From positions 62,001-126,000 of the IMG/VR virus record IMGVR_UViG_3300011113_000805: a DNA stretch of 64,000 bases; one strand, written 5' to 3'. Positions 37,184 through 47,211 of the stretch are shown here, one piece after another (the first letter of the stretch is position 1; the number at the start of each line of letters is the position of its first letter). Made by a program: the position numbers and the translations under genes. Below the pieces are notes generated by a model. It did not search any database. It saw only the letters and a list, made by a program, of their open reading frames with translations, and had not been told where the DNA came from.

Positions 37184-37726
37184 CTATTGGCGTATTGTTT
37201 TCAACCCTGCTGTCGCCAAGAGAAAAGCATCAGCTGCATCAACACTGCCATGAACCAGCACTTCTTCGCCCTTTCGCTTTCCTGACTTCATTTTCCTTGT
37301 TTGCCAAAGTTCCAAAGGCGACCTCTCCATTGCCCACTTGACGACATGTTCCTTTGCATTTTGCCCCTTAGGAACTTTAAGACCTACTAGTGATCTTGCA
37401 CGAATCGCTGGTATTGAAACAGGAGCTATATTCCAAACTTTCCAACACGTATGCGAGACAACTGCATTGAACTTTGCCAATGTAACAATTGTATGCGCCG
37501 TTGAACTTCCAGTCCTAAACCCTAGAACGTTCTCCTCAACAAAGATGTGCGTCGGTGTAGGAAGTCCTCTGAGCCCAGACTCAATAAAGTCTGCCTTCTC
37601 ATGAGGACCATTAAGGCCAGCAATGTTAAACCATCCAATATCTAATAGCTTGCCATCGGTATCTACCAATGCCCAGCCTGTACAAGATGTTGAAATATCG
37701 AGACCTAGAATAACATTAGAAGTCAA
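37184..37726 (-). CDS. RuvC-like Holliday junction resolvase (180 aa)
   Basis: ILGLDISTSCTGWAL, IFVEE and DAADA acidic motifs. A TTG at 37726 overlaps the upstream stop. Confidence 0.8.
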   Translation of the reverse strand: MTSNVILGLDISTSCTGWALVDTDGKLLDIGWFNIAGLNGPHEKADFIESGLRGLPTPTHIFVEENVLGFRTGSSTAHTIVTLAKFNAVVSHTCWKVWNIAPVSIPAIRARSLVGLKVPKGQNAKEHVVKWAMERSPLELWQTRKMKSGKRKGEEVLVHGSVDAADAFLLATAGLKTIRQ

Positions 37727-40013
37727 ACTTGACTTTGATAAGGAACTTATCTGAGAGTCGCTTTGCAACAGGTTGGGCAAGCTCTGCCCTACCGACGACG
37801 TTGAGGTCAGCATCATGGAAGTTAACTCTGGTGATATAGACAATTGGGTCTCCGCTTTCATTGGCATAGTCAGATGCTGTAAGAGGAAGGTATGAAGGTG
37901 ATGAACTCGAGTTAATTTTCCAGGCAGGAACTTGAACATTTGCTGTTAGCAATGGAACAGGTTGTTCACCACGAAATGACACTTCATAACCATCCTTGCC
38001 AAAAAGGTCACCCAAATAGGGTGATGTGATGCATGCTATTCCTTCTTCATAGAGCAGCGTTCCTACTGTATTCCACTTTGCATGAGGCGTTGTACAGTCT
38101 GCCCTATAAAGTCCTCCCATTCCATTGTCATGTAACTTGAAAGACAGAAGACCTTGACTTCCTGTAAAAGATGGATCTGTTATGCTAAATGAGCCTGGAT
38201 GAATCTTACTGCCGTAAAGAAGGTTTGAAATATTGAAGATAGAGACAAGATTTGAGGAATCGTCTGTGTTGGTGATATCTTCACCTGGCTCACGAACTGA
38301 ACCTGTTGGGAATAAGATGCAGGGGCTCACTGAGCCGCTGGACCAATTTGGAATAACTCCCTCACGTAATGCAAGCCTATAAAAGCTGCTTGAAACACCT
38401 GAACTTATAAGACCTTCAAGACTTACTGTTCCAGGTGATTCAGCAAAGAAAGGTGTGAATGATGAAGTTTGCAAAAGTGTGAAGTTAGGTGTAAATTTAC
38501 CATTATCACAGGGGAGTATTAGCAGATTTTTTCTTATGGCAGATTCAGTAACGAATAGGTAGCCATTGGTACCGGTAACATTTGGAAACACCGCAGGGAT
38601 GCTATTGAAAGTTTGTGATGCCGTGAGATTAAGCAGTCTTGGAAAATACCCAGAGACATGATCACGCAGGTGGTTCTCGGCATTGATGAGATGACCGCCT
38701 AGACTAAATGCCATCTCAGCATCAAAGGGAGCATTGGTTGCTGTCACAAATGAAGCATATGGTGCAATTAAGACGCTTCTTTGCAGTGATTCGTGACCAA
38801 AGAATGGGCCTAAATAAAACTTAAGGGTCTCATCGGGCGATGAGATACCTCCAAATGATCCGGATCTAATGGATTCAAGGCTCCTAAAGTTTTGCCATAT
38901 CCTGATCTCGTGAAGCTCCCCAGCTAGTTGATGATTCATTGGCCTTGATGGAAAGGTTCCTGTTGCACCATACGGATCGGTAAATCCTTCCTCGGTTCCC
39001 GTGACAAAGAGTTCCTTAATTCCGTTTCCGGAAACGTTTTGTCCCTCGTAAAAATTACCTATGAATAGGGCTCTAGAGTCCTCAGGGTATGAAGTTCGAG
39101 TGACAGACTCTGATGGAATGTAGAATGTTCCTGCCTGATTTCCATCTATAAAGAATGAGCCAGAGCCAAAGTCAGTACCTGAGCCTCCCCATCTGATTGC
39201 AATATGATGCCACCCATTGAATGTGATGGAGTCCTCACTGAGAAAGCACAGATCATCAGGAAATGTCCTAGCATTATTGGCTGTGGCAAGGCTCACTTGT
39301 GAGGGTGGCTTATCGGCACTATGTGACAATTGGAGAAGTACTCTGAACGAGTCAGGTTTCCCGTCAAAGCTAATTGCACTGCCACTTACGAGTGAGATTG
39401 CAAATGATGAGGAGACGTGAAGTACAGTGCCGGCATGATAAGTTCCTGACACCCTAGTTGTGGGCTTTACATAGAACTCAAATGTGAACGCTCCACTTGG
39501 TGTAAGCTTAGGCTGTCCGGCAGTTGTAGGATTTGCATACATCAAGGCTGATCCAGTACTGAATCCGGATCCGGAGACAAAATTGAGAGATAGGTAGTTC
39601 CTGTAACCCCAGTAACTTGAGGGATACGCAGTTTTATAGTAGGGGTATAGGTTGGATCTAATAATCCCCTTTCCCATAGATTCACTGGTGAAACCAGCGG
39701 ATGGCTCTAGCCTATTAATGCCAACCATCCTTGATGCCAATGCAGGGGAAGGTCTTGTATTGACTACATCTAAGTAAGTCTCTGCAGATTCAATTGTAGT
39801 CGACTCAACAAGATTGCTTAAAGCATTGCTTATGTCACTGTCGTCATAAATGCCGTCTTCATCAATGTCTAGGCTTTTTCCAATAGAAGAAGCCTGTGGT
39901 AGTACTTTTACCGAACCAGTAATTCCCTGCGATGAAGAGACAAAGTCTCTTGTGGGACGAGCAATGAATGTGAAGTTCTCGAAAAAGCCTGGTGTCGTCC
40001 GAATGAGGGACAT
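37716..40013 (-). CDS. Virion structural protein with LamG/ConA-like domain
   Basis: 765 aa: FTFEFYVKP, GWHHIAIRW, FFIDG, GELHEIRIW. The C-terminus is paralogous to that of 40023-41294. Confidence 0.7.
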   Translation of the reverse strand: MSLIRTTPGFFENFTFIARPTRDFVSSSQGITGSVKVLPQASSIGKSLDIDEDGIYDDSDISNALSNLVESTTIESAETYLDVVNTRPSPALASRMVGINRLEPSAGFTSESMGKGIIRSNLYPYYKTAYPSSYWGYRNYLSLNFVSGSGFSTGSALMYANPTTAGQPKLTPSGAFTFEFYVKPTTRVSGTYHAGTVLHVSSSFAISLVSGSAISFDGKPDSFRVLLQLSHSADKPPSQVSLATANNARTFPDDLCFLSEDSITFNGWHHIAIRWGGSGTDFGSGSFFIDGNQAGTFYIPSESVTRTSYPEDSRALFIGNFYEGQNVSGNGIKELFVTGTEEGFTDPYGATGTFPSRPMNHQLAGELHEIRIWQNFRSLESIRSGSFGGISSPDETLKFYLGPFFGHESLQRSVLIAPYASFVTATNAPFDAEMAFSLGGHLINAENHLRDHVSGYFPRLLNLTASQTFNSIPAVFPNVTGTNGYLFVTESAIRKNLLILPCDNGKFTPNFTLLQTSSFTPFFAESPGTVSLEGLISSGVSSSFYRLALREGVIPNWSSGSVSPCILFPTGSVREPGEDITNTDDSSNLVSIFNISNLLYGSKIHPGSFSITDPSFTGSQGLLSFKLHDNGMGGLYRADCTTPHAKWNTVGTLLYEEGIACITSPYLGDLFGKDGYEVSFRGEQPVPLLTANVQVPAWKINSSSSPSYLPLTASDYANESGDPIVYITRVNFHDADLNVVGRAELAQPVAKRLSDKFLIKVKFDF

Positions 40014-40022
40014 CTTCCCTCC

Positions 40023-41294
40023 TTAGAAGTCTAGCCTGACCCTAACTGTCAAGTCCTTCTCGTCATTCTTCTCAATGGGTCTTGAGAACTTGGCAACAGC
40101 AAGAAGGCGATTCTGCTCATCATAGAGACCCACAGTTGTCGGGAACGCAAAGGGCTTAGGGTCCGTACTTCCCTCCTGGGCATTCATTACGACAAGCTCA
40201 CCAACGTCATTGAAGTATGTTGGATTGTTAGAGTAGTTAAACTCATCTGCCGTCGCCCTACAGAAGAAGAGCGTTGAATTGACATTAGTAACATTCTGGA
40301 ATGTTATTCCAGTGAGAGATCCTGATGACATTCGAGTTGAGGTGAAGTAATTCACAAGATCGTCAATCGAAGACGAAACAAGAAGATCGGGAATCAATGT
40401 TGCATTTGGATTTGATGCTGGAAATGATGTTCTTCCAACAATTGTCTGATTCAACAGTGGAGGACTCACGGCTCCTGTGACTGCGCTAATAGTTCCGGAA
40501 ACGTGTTGACCTCCGGAGCAGATCTTCTTAAGATCAAACACAGCAACCCCGGCATCATACCATAGGAGCCCTACAGTGCTGGAAGTATTTGCCGCGTTGA
40601 CAATTGACCCAACTCGGCCACCGAAGAGGTTGGCAAGGTTTGATGCCTGTGTTGAGTCCGTGAACACAGCACTACCTGATGGTGAGGTAATGTTAAGGTT
40701 AGAGCCTGTGTAGCCATTGGCTATGCCAGTATCAAATCCGGCAGCTCCATCAAGAACACCGGTTGTGTAAAATCTCATTGCAAACGTGTTACGCTTGATA
40801 GCATCACGTGCAAAGAGGCGCTTGAAAGAGATGAAAAGGGCTTCATCAATTCTGTCATTAGCTGCCGTGGATGTTGTTGGAGCAAAGAATGCGCCTTCAG
40901 TATCACCTAGTAGCTTTCCAGCGAAAAGACCATAGACATCTGTCTTCTCACGCATCATAAGCGATGAAGAGGGATAGAGCCGCTTTCCTCTTGAATCAAC
41001 ACCTGATGAGGCACTGAGGTTTGTTGAACCGCTCCAGTAGAGTCCCACAGTCGTGTCAAACATTGCATTTGACACCTGCAAGGAGAAGTCTTGATCATAG
41101 ACAGTCTGAAAGAGTGAGGATGTCACGGCATAAGTTTGCGATCCATCCGATGATGCGGTAACGAAGATCGCATACTGCTTGCGAGTTGCAGATCCTGAAA
41201 TATCCTGCTGAACAATGTCAACAAGCTGTGAGAGTTGTGACTTTACTGTCTTGACATCACTTGCAATGTCAAGATCCTTGTATGTAGTTGCCAT
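40023..41294 (-). CDS. Virion structural (baseplate-associated) protein
   Basis: 423 aa; C-terminal FNYSNNPTY...TTVGLYDEQNRLLAVAKFSRPIEK...VRLDF. Confidence 0.65.
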   Translation of the reverse strand: MATTYKDLDIASDVKTVKSQLSQLVDIVQQDISGSATRKQYAIFVTASSDGSQTYAVTSSLFQTVYDQDFSLQVSNAMFDTTVGLYWSGSTNLSASSGVDSRGKRLYPSSSLMMREKTDVYGLFAGKLLGDTEGAFFAPTTSTAANDRIDEALFISFKRLFARDAIKRNTFAMRFYTTGVLDGAAGFDTGIANGYTGSNLNITSPSGSAVFTDSTQASNLANLFGGRVGSIVNAANTSSTVGLLWYDAGVAVFDLKKICSGGQHVSGTISAVTGAVSPPLLNQTIVGRTSFPASNPNATLIPDLLVSSSIDDLVNYFTSTRMSSGSLTGITFQNVTNVNSTLFFCRATADEFNYSNNPTYFNDVGELVVMNAQEGSTDPKPFAFPTTVGLYDEQNRLLAVAKFSRPIEKNDEKDLTVRVRLDF

Positions 41295-41305
41295 TTATTC
41301 TTCCA

Positions 41306-42007
41306 TCAGGTCTTAGTGATTCGAACTATGAGTTCGGTGGTGATACCGGATCTTGCACCGATTATTCTGACAGGTGTAGTGATAGTAGATCCATCACCGT
41401 ATGTTGTGAAATCTGTGCTGGTGTTTGCAAGAACGGTTCTCAGTGAGAAGGATGCAGTTGGTGTTGCACCCAGTGCCGTTACAACTTCATAGACATCAAC
41501 ACCGTTAGGCTGCGATGTCGTCACAACAGAACTCACGGCAAGGAATCGACGATTGACCTTTACAAAGAAGAGATCCTCTGCTAGCTCGGCAGTAACAGAT
41601 GCCTGTCCACTTGCAGGACGCTGTGTGACTAGAACTTGTGTTGATGCATTTGCAACGCTGGAGGCGATGAGATTGACAGTATTTCCGGAGACAGTGGCTC
41701 CGCCAGTAGATCCAAGTGTCAAAGTTGGGTAAGCTGTAAGGGCTGTTGCACTAATACTGACACAATTGTACTTTAAGGCAAGATCAGTATTTGTTTGAGC
41801 CTCAAAGATAGGTGTGTTCTTCTCAATTTTTTCCTTTCCTACGACAAGGCCAAATCTCGTGACGACGCCATAGTCGACTTCATCATCCGCAAGTGAGAAC
41901 CTTCGAATGGAAAAACTGCCATCATTTGCCGCAAGGAGCTGGCGACCAAGATCGGTCAGCACCGCATCGACAATAATGTTTGCTGTCGAGTTATCAAGAA
42001 AGCCCAT
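41306..42007 (-). CDS. Virion structural protein (tail-collar-like N-terminus)
   Basis: 233 aa; MGFLDNS..IIVDAVLTDLGRQLLA...FSLADDEVDY, paralogous to 49572-50498. Confidence 0.6.
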   Translation of the reverse strand: MGFLDNSTANIIVDAVLTDLGRQLLAANDGSFSIRRFSLADDEVDYGVVTRFGLVVGKEKIEKNTPIFEAQTNTDLALKYNCVSISATALTAYPTLTLGSTGGATVSGNTVNLIASSVANASTQVLVTQRPASGQASVTAELAEDLFFVKVNRRFLAVSSVVTTSQPNGVDVYEVVTALGATPTASFSLRTVLANTSTDFTTYGDGSTITTPVRIIGARSGITTELIVRITKT

Positions 42008-42049
42008 GTTGCTCCTACTACTCCCTATTTTTTACATTTTTTGTGAGAG

Positions 42050-43717
42050 TTAAATTGAACCGCTAATAATACTGATTGGTACCGATACCTGCTCAGCCCT
42101 GTCAGTATCTATGACATTCACAAAGTACTTTGCGTCGTTCTCTATGAATTTTAGAAGCTCAAGATTAAAACCACTAGCGGTGACATCGTGGTACTCAGGA
42201 TCGAAAACAATCCTCATTCTTGTCGGTCCTCTTCCTGAGATACTATCCAGTGTCAGTGAGTCAGGATTATTGAGATACAGGTTTGGGTAAGATCTAGGTG
42301 CGCCCGATGATGATATCGATTTCACGATGATGGTGTTAAGCCGTCGATTGAATGTCACCCTAAATTGTGTAGAGTAGTTCGAGACAAGACCATGAGCATC
42401 AACAGAGCATAGGGCATAGATGTAGTCAGAGCTTCGGCCAAAGTCGTGATCAATAAACCTCCGAACAGGAAAGTTTGACTTTATGACATTGATTGGAAGT
42501 GGAGCATCTGACCTGATGACAGGTGATGATGACTGGTCAAAATCAAACTCCTTTAGCAAGACAAATGATTCTGCTATGGATCTTCTCCTGAAGAGCTGGA
42601 AACGGGTGACATCCTGCTGTGGATTAACAGGAAATTCCCACCTAATAACAAACTCACCGCGGGTGTGATCAAAGCTGAATGAGATATCTGTGGGTGGAGG
42701 AGGAGGAACTAACTCCTCTGCAACAACCGAAACAATATTTGACGGAGTCGATGATACGAGCACTGTGCTTACGATTGGATCTGCTTTGCCAGCAATAATC
42801 TGGGGCAGTGTTGCTTCGAAGACTGTCCTTACCGTGTAGGAGTACCTAGCGCCATATTTGATTTCATAATCGACAAAGGAAAGATTTGTTTGCGAAGACC
42901 TTCCTATGGTCCTTATTTCCCTTTTGCCACTTGAAAATTCTTCAACCCTGTCAATGAGATATCCTATGAGTTTGTACCCAAAGTCTGCTGATGCCAACCC
43001 CTCAGTTGCAATAGGCTCAAGAAACGATGTAAAATCACCTGCACTAATGTTTGGTGAGATGTTTCTCTCCTCTCGCTGCCTGTCTAACAGGTACTTTGCA
43101 ATAAGACCAAGTTCTACAGGAGTTCTGTAAGGTGATTGCATCTCCGCATTCTGGCAGATATCACCAATGAACTTGTCATAAAAATTTCCCCTTGCCGGAA
43201 CTCCTGTCACGTCATCATACTTAGAGATATCACTGACAACACTGCCATTTGTGAACTGTGTCAAACCTGATCGATCGGTATTTACAGCCAAGTCTTGTAA
43301 AATTTCTCTATTGACAGCAGGCAATAGTGTTCTTCCTAACTTTTCGGCCCTATCCGTGGAGTTTCCTGTGATCCCTCTCATTCTGCAGGAGCGCTGTATT
43401 GCATCGCTTGTTCTATTAAAGATGCCTGTGTTCTGTGAGGTTATGTAGGTGCATCTCATATTGACAATATCTTCGATAGTATGCACTTTAGTTATATCAA
43501 TGTCGGCGATTTTGATATTTGATGCATCATAGCTTTCGCCTTGTGTGAAATTAACTTTCACATATCTTGCACTAACACCAGACACATTTTTTGTCTGTTC
43601 ATTGACTGTTTCATCAGGTGTATAGAGCCTATATGTGAATTCCGCCGATACATCAACGGGTGGCCTAAGACCGCTATATGACAGGGTATTAGTAAGAAGA
43701 GATTTAACCATTGCCAT
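42050..43717 (-). CDS. FN3/Ig-like repeat protein
   Basis: 555 aa; two FN3-like units (GYLIDR...FVD...YSYTVR and PPPPTD..IRWEFP...FIDHD...YIYAL). Confidence 0.6.
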   Translation of the reverse strand: MAMVKSLLTNTLSYSGLRPPVDVSAEFTYRLYTPDETVNEQTKNVSGVSARYVKVNFTQGESYDASNIKIADIDITKVHTIEDIVNMRCTYITSQNTGIFNRTSDAIQRSCRMRGITGNSTDRAEKLGRTLLPAVNREILQDLAVNTDRSGLTQFTNGSVVSDISKYDDVTGVPARGNFYDKFIGDICQNAEMQSPYRTPVELGLIAKYLLDRQREERNISPNISAGDFTSFLEPIATEGLASADFGYKLIGYLIDRVEEFSSGKREIRTIGRSSQTNLSFVDYEIKYGARYSYTVRTVFEATLPQIIAGKADPIVSTVLVSSTPSNIVSVVAEELVPPPPPTDISFSFDHTRGEFVIRWEFPVNPQQDVTRFQLFRRRSIAESFVLLKEFDFDQSSSPVIRSDAPLPINVIKSNFPVRRFIDHDFGRSSDYIYALCSVDAHGLVSNYSTQFRVTFNRRLNTIIVKSISSSGAPRSYPNLYLNNPDSLTLDSISGRGPTRMRIVFDPEYHDVTASGFNLELLKFIENDAKYFVNVIDTDRAEQVSVPISIISGSI

Positions 43718-46700
43718 TAGTACATAGCCCCTATGTCAAATGCAACCAATGTTCCATCTTGAACATCTGCACTCTCCCGGGCGGTGGCACCTTGAAATGT
43801 GAATTCATCAAAGTCTAGCGGTATGCAATACAATCTTTCAAGGCCACCGACGGCAAATAAGCTTTCTGATATCGTTGAGTTAGTAAAAGCACCTGACTTT
43901 AAGAAATCAATCAGCAAAGAATGATCGGCAGGCGTTGTCAAGGAAGATGCCTGATCACTTAATCTTGAGAATGGAATAGGTTCAAAGTTTCCGCCTGAAT
44001 TTAGATTCAAGAACTGACTTGCCTGTAAGCCCCTGCTTGGGATTAGACCCGATCTTGTGGATTGCAATAAGGATAAAAGCTGCGCTGCTCTGCCTGATGA
44101 AATTTGAAGTCCAGTGTCGTTTTGTGAAAGACTTTTCAAGTCAATTCCCGTTATTGTACGAATGGCAGACTTACAAAGAGCATCAAGGTAATGAAACAAC
44201 AAAATATTTTTCCTGTCATTTTCTCCGGAAATTCCTAAAGTTGCGAGGGCAACTAACAATTGTCTGTAACTCAAATTTTCCCAAGTCCCTTCATTTGTGT
44301 TAAAGAATGAGAAAACTACAGAATTTGATGCCATTCCTGATGTCGGTATTTCACCTACGATGTTGCAATCAATGTAAGGATGAAATAAAAATGTGGGTCC
44401 ACTTACATCATTTAGATAAGGGTTAGTAAGTTTTCTTGCGTATGAATTGACTACGTAATACTTAGGAACCCTTGTTAGTCCTAAGTTTGTGGCATCAGCT
44501 TGTCTTAAATTTTGCATGAACCCTGTGGGTATGCCAACAATTGCAATAGCAGAATTGTCAATTAGGTTATCAAAACTTCCATTGCTGAATATGTCTTTTA
44601 GTTTTCTTGTTGCGCTAATATCAAAGATATTCTGCTGAGCCGAGCTTGTGAAATTTCCTAGCGAGACTAGCCTGTCATACAACAAAGATTTTTGACTTGC
44701 AATTTCTGGTGTCAATGACGAGAAAAGTACTTGTCGCTGCGATGGACTGATAATCGCGGATGTCGCCAATGCTCTTTCAAGCATCGCAATTAGACCTGAT
44801 GATTCATTGTCGACTAGCTTTCCAATTGCATTCAGTGCTGACACTCTAGAGATTTTTAACCGTGTGTCTCTGTATGCATTTGTCAATGCACCACTTTCCG
44901 GAAGTGGCATTTCGAATGGCCTCTTAGTTTTATCCTCATTTGATCTTGCAATTGCATCCTTAATTGCGCCTGGCGTAGTTGCCATGGAAATCTTATCAGC
45001 CAATCTCAATCCCTTTTCAAATGATTTGCGAACTGACAATCTATAGAATTTGTATTGGACTGCTGATCCTGTGCCGGCATTAAGGCTTGCAAGCTCGTTG
45101 TTAATTTCATTTAGTCTAGTTCTAAGAGCTGGTAAAGCGGCCTCTGCTTCTTCACTGGCTCTTTTTAACGTAGTGCTGGTACCTCCTCCTCGAAGAACAT
45201 TATTGTATCGATCAATTGCGTCCTGATATTCTTTAATTTGCCTCTTTACTTCAGCTTTTTCATCCTCAAGCTCAGCTATCCGTTCGGATGAAGCTTCACT
45301 TAAAGGCGTCGAAACTTCAGGCGAAGTGTATCCAGGCCCTACAAATAGGCTAACTAAATTTGCAATGCACTCAAAGATAATGCTATAGACCATTCTTTTT
45401 GACGCAGTTTCACCATTGGAGAATATAAGCCTACCAGAGACATCAAACCTTGATCCTAGCGTTTCGAAAATTCTTTCGGTTGATCTAGCCACCGTAATTG
45501 ATTGGTTTCTTGCAAAGCTATCGATTGCACCGCATATGCGTGTGCCAATTAATGCCTGATTACCCGAAGAGCCTCTAGCAGATATTGCATCATAACCTCC
45601 AGGAATTTTATCTAGAAAACCGCTGGCTCTTAATTCTGCGTCTGAGATTATGTCTGATGTGTCTTGCGGTGCATTGTTATAATACACATCGGGTTTCAAA
45701 GATGGGTCAATGTATTCAGCAAACTCTCCTCGTGTAATGGTACGAACCTTTTCACGTGAAATATTGGGGTAATTTTTCAACCTTTCTTCAGTTAGGAACT
45801 CACTGCTAAACATTGCCCACTCAAGGAGAGCACCAATGGCAGCACCCTTAAAGGCATTATTGAGTTGTAGCTCATTGATTGTTTTGTCTAAAATCATTGT
45901 TAGCAATGTTCCTCTTATTAGGCCACACCAAACGGGATCATTGGTCGGTGACTTAAGAGACATTTGAATAACAGTAGCATCACCAATCTCTTTTGAAACT
46001 ACAATTCCTGGATTTAGTTGTGGTTGAGATAGCGCAGGAAAGGAGCTCACTAGTTCCTTTAACACAGCTTGCAATACATCTACTGCATATCTGCCTCCAC
46101 CTATCACAACACTAGATTTTCTGGTAATAGATGATACAGAATTTGTAAAACCGGTCACAAATTCTGTCTTGAATTTCTGCAATGGCGCGATACTGACTGT
46201 TGAAAGTGCCGGCCTAACTATGGAGTCATAGTTAGATGGAAGCCCTCCTACTTTTTTTGACTCAAAAACACGATTTCCACCAAATGTAAGTGGAAGTGAT
46301 GTATATCTCACATCACCTGTCGAAGATGCACCATAGATCCTTGATAGAATTGTGCAGCATATGCTCGCCTTTCCCATTCTCGATAATGTTGAATAACCTT
46401 CAATCGTACCATCATCAAAGAAAAGACCTTCATTCCTTATACGTGATTCAAGCAAAGTAATAATGCTGTCCTGTGAGTCATTAACTATGCTTCTTTCCAG
46501 TCCTTCAATAAATGAAGTCGAAAGGCGTGCCGATGAATCTAATTCACTAAGACCTGTAATTGCAGGACTGTAGTCAAATCCATTTGCTATGTAGCCTTGA
46601 TAGAATGACTCAATGTCATTTTTTAGTGTGTCCCAGTGTGAAATAACATCAAGTTGAGTTGAAAAATTTTCCGCAATAGATGCAAGCTTTGAAATGTTGG

Positions 46701-47208
46701 CAAGAGGTTCCTGAACTGATACAACATCACTGCTGGCCTGTGACTCTATTGCGGAAACAATAGGAGCTGTTGCACTTCCTGTTCTAAGTTCATTTACTAA
46801 GTATTTGTAGTCTTCTAGTGACAAATTAGCTTCAAACTCAGAAAATCTCATTGATTCATTAAATGAACTGCCTCCTGTAGGGGCTGTCAATGACGAACCA
46901 AAAATATCATATACACCAATAAGCGTAGGCCTCTCAGGACTAAGTCCGGCCTGCCGTGCTGATGGAGCGCTACCTGTCAATAGTTCATTGGTAGGATCTA
47001 CGGTACTAATTTCAAAATTTCTTGTTTCAAATTTTGCTGAGCCGATCGAGTCCTGCGATAAAAAACTATTGCCCTGCGATACCACTTCAGGCGGAGAAAT
47101 GTATGTTTGACGGGAAGTTGGAAGAGATCCTGGTGCTACCGCAGCAATGTCAGGGGTGACAGGCTGCGCTGCAATATTCGAATTCCATCTTGAAAACCTA
47201 ACCGACAT
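43717..47208 (-). CDS. Large hypothetical protein (1163 aa) with an internal coiled coil
   Basis: Long ORF coupled to both neighbours; lower GC; no family recognised. Confidence 0.75.
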   Translation of the reverse strand: MSVRFSRWNSNIAAQPVTPDIAAVAPGSLPTSRQTYISPPEVVSQGNSFLSQDSIGSAKFETRNFEISTVDPTNELLTGSAPSARQAGLSPERPTLIGVYDIFGSSLTAPTGGSSFNESMRFSEFEANLSLEDYKYLVNELRTGSATAPIVSAIESQASSDVVSVQEPLANISKLASIAENFSTQLDVISHWDTLKNDIESFYQGYIANGFDYSPAITGLSELDSSARLSTSFIEGLERSIVNDSQDSIITLLESRIRNEGLFFDDGTIEGYSTLSRMGKASICCTILSRIYGASSTGDVRYTSLPLTFGGNRVFESKKVGGLPSNYDSIVRPALSTVSIAPLQKFKTEFVTGFTNSVSSITRKSSVVIGGGRYAVDVLQAVLKELVSSFPALSQPQLNPGIVVSKEIGDATVIQMSLKSPTNDPVWCGLIRGTLLTMILDKTINELQLNNAFKGAAIGALLEWAMFSSEFLTEERLKNYPNISREKVRTITRGEFAEYIDPSLKPDVYYNNAPQDTSDIISDAELRASGFLDKIPGGYDAISARGSSGNQALIGTRICGAIDSFARNQSITVARSTERIFETLGSRFDVSGRLIFSNGETASKRMVYSIIFECIANLVSLFVGPGYTSPEVSTPLSEASSERIAELEDEKAEVKRQIKEYQDAIDRYNNVLRGGGTSTTLKRASEEAEAALPALRTRLNEINNELASLNAGTGSAVQYKFYRLSVRKSFEKGLRLADKISMATTPGAIKDAIARSNEDKTKRPFEMPLPESGALTNAYRDTRLKISRVSALNAIGKLVDNESSGLIAMLERALATSAIISPSQRQVLFSSLTPEIASQKSLLYDRLVSLGNFTSSAQQNIFDISATRKLKDIFSNGSFDNLIDNSAIAIVGIPTGFMQNLRQADATNLGLTRVPKYYVVNSYARKLTNPYLNDVSGPTFLFHPYIDCNIVGEIPTSGMASNSVVFSFFNTNEGTWENLSYRQLLVALATLGISGENDRKNILLFHYLDALCKSAIRTITGIDLKSLSQNDTGLQISSGRAAQLLSLLQSTRSGLIPSRGLQASQFLNLNSGGNFEPIPFSRLSDQASSLTTPADHSLLIDFLKSGAFTNSTISESLFAVGGLERLYCIPLDFDEFTFQGATARESADVQDGTLVAFDIGAMY

Positions 47209-47211
47209 TAA

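Noticed and set aside
37184-37726. RuvC domain as a TnpB/Cas12-like effector
   Set aside because: Too short, with no REC/WED or Zn-ribbon region and no adjacent array or ncRNA-sized gap.
37727-37939. N-terminal extension of the RuvC-like ORF (251 aa in the track)
   Set aside because: It overlaps the conserved C-terminus of the upstream gene in another frame; TTG at 37726 gives a normal 180-aa RuvC.
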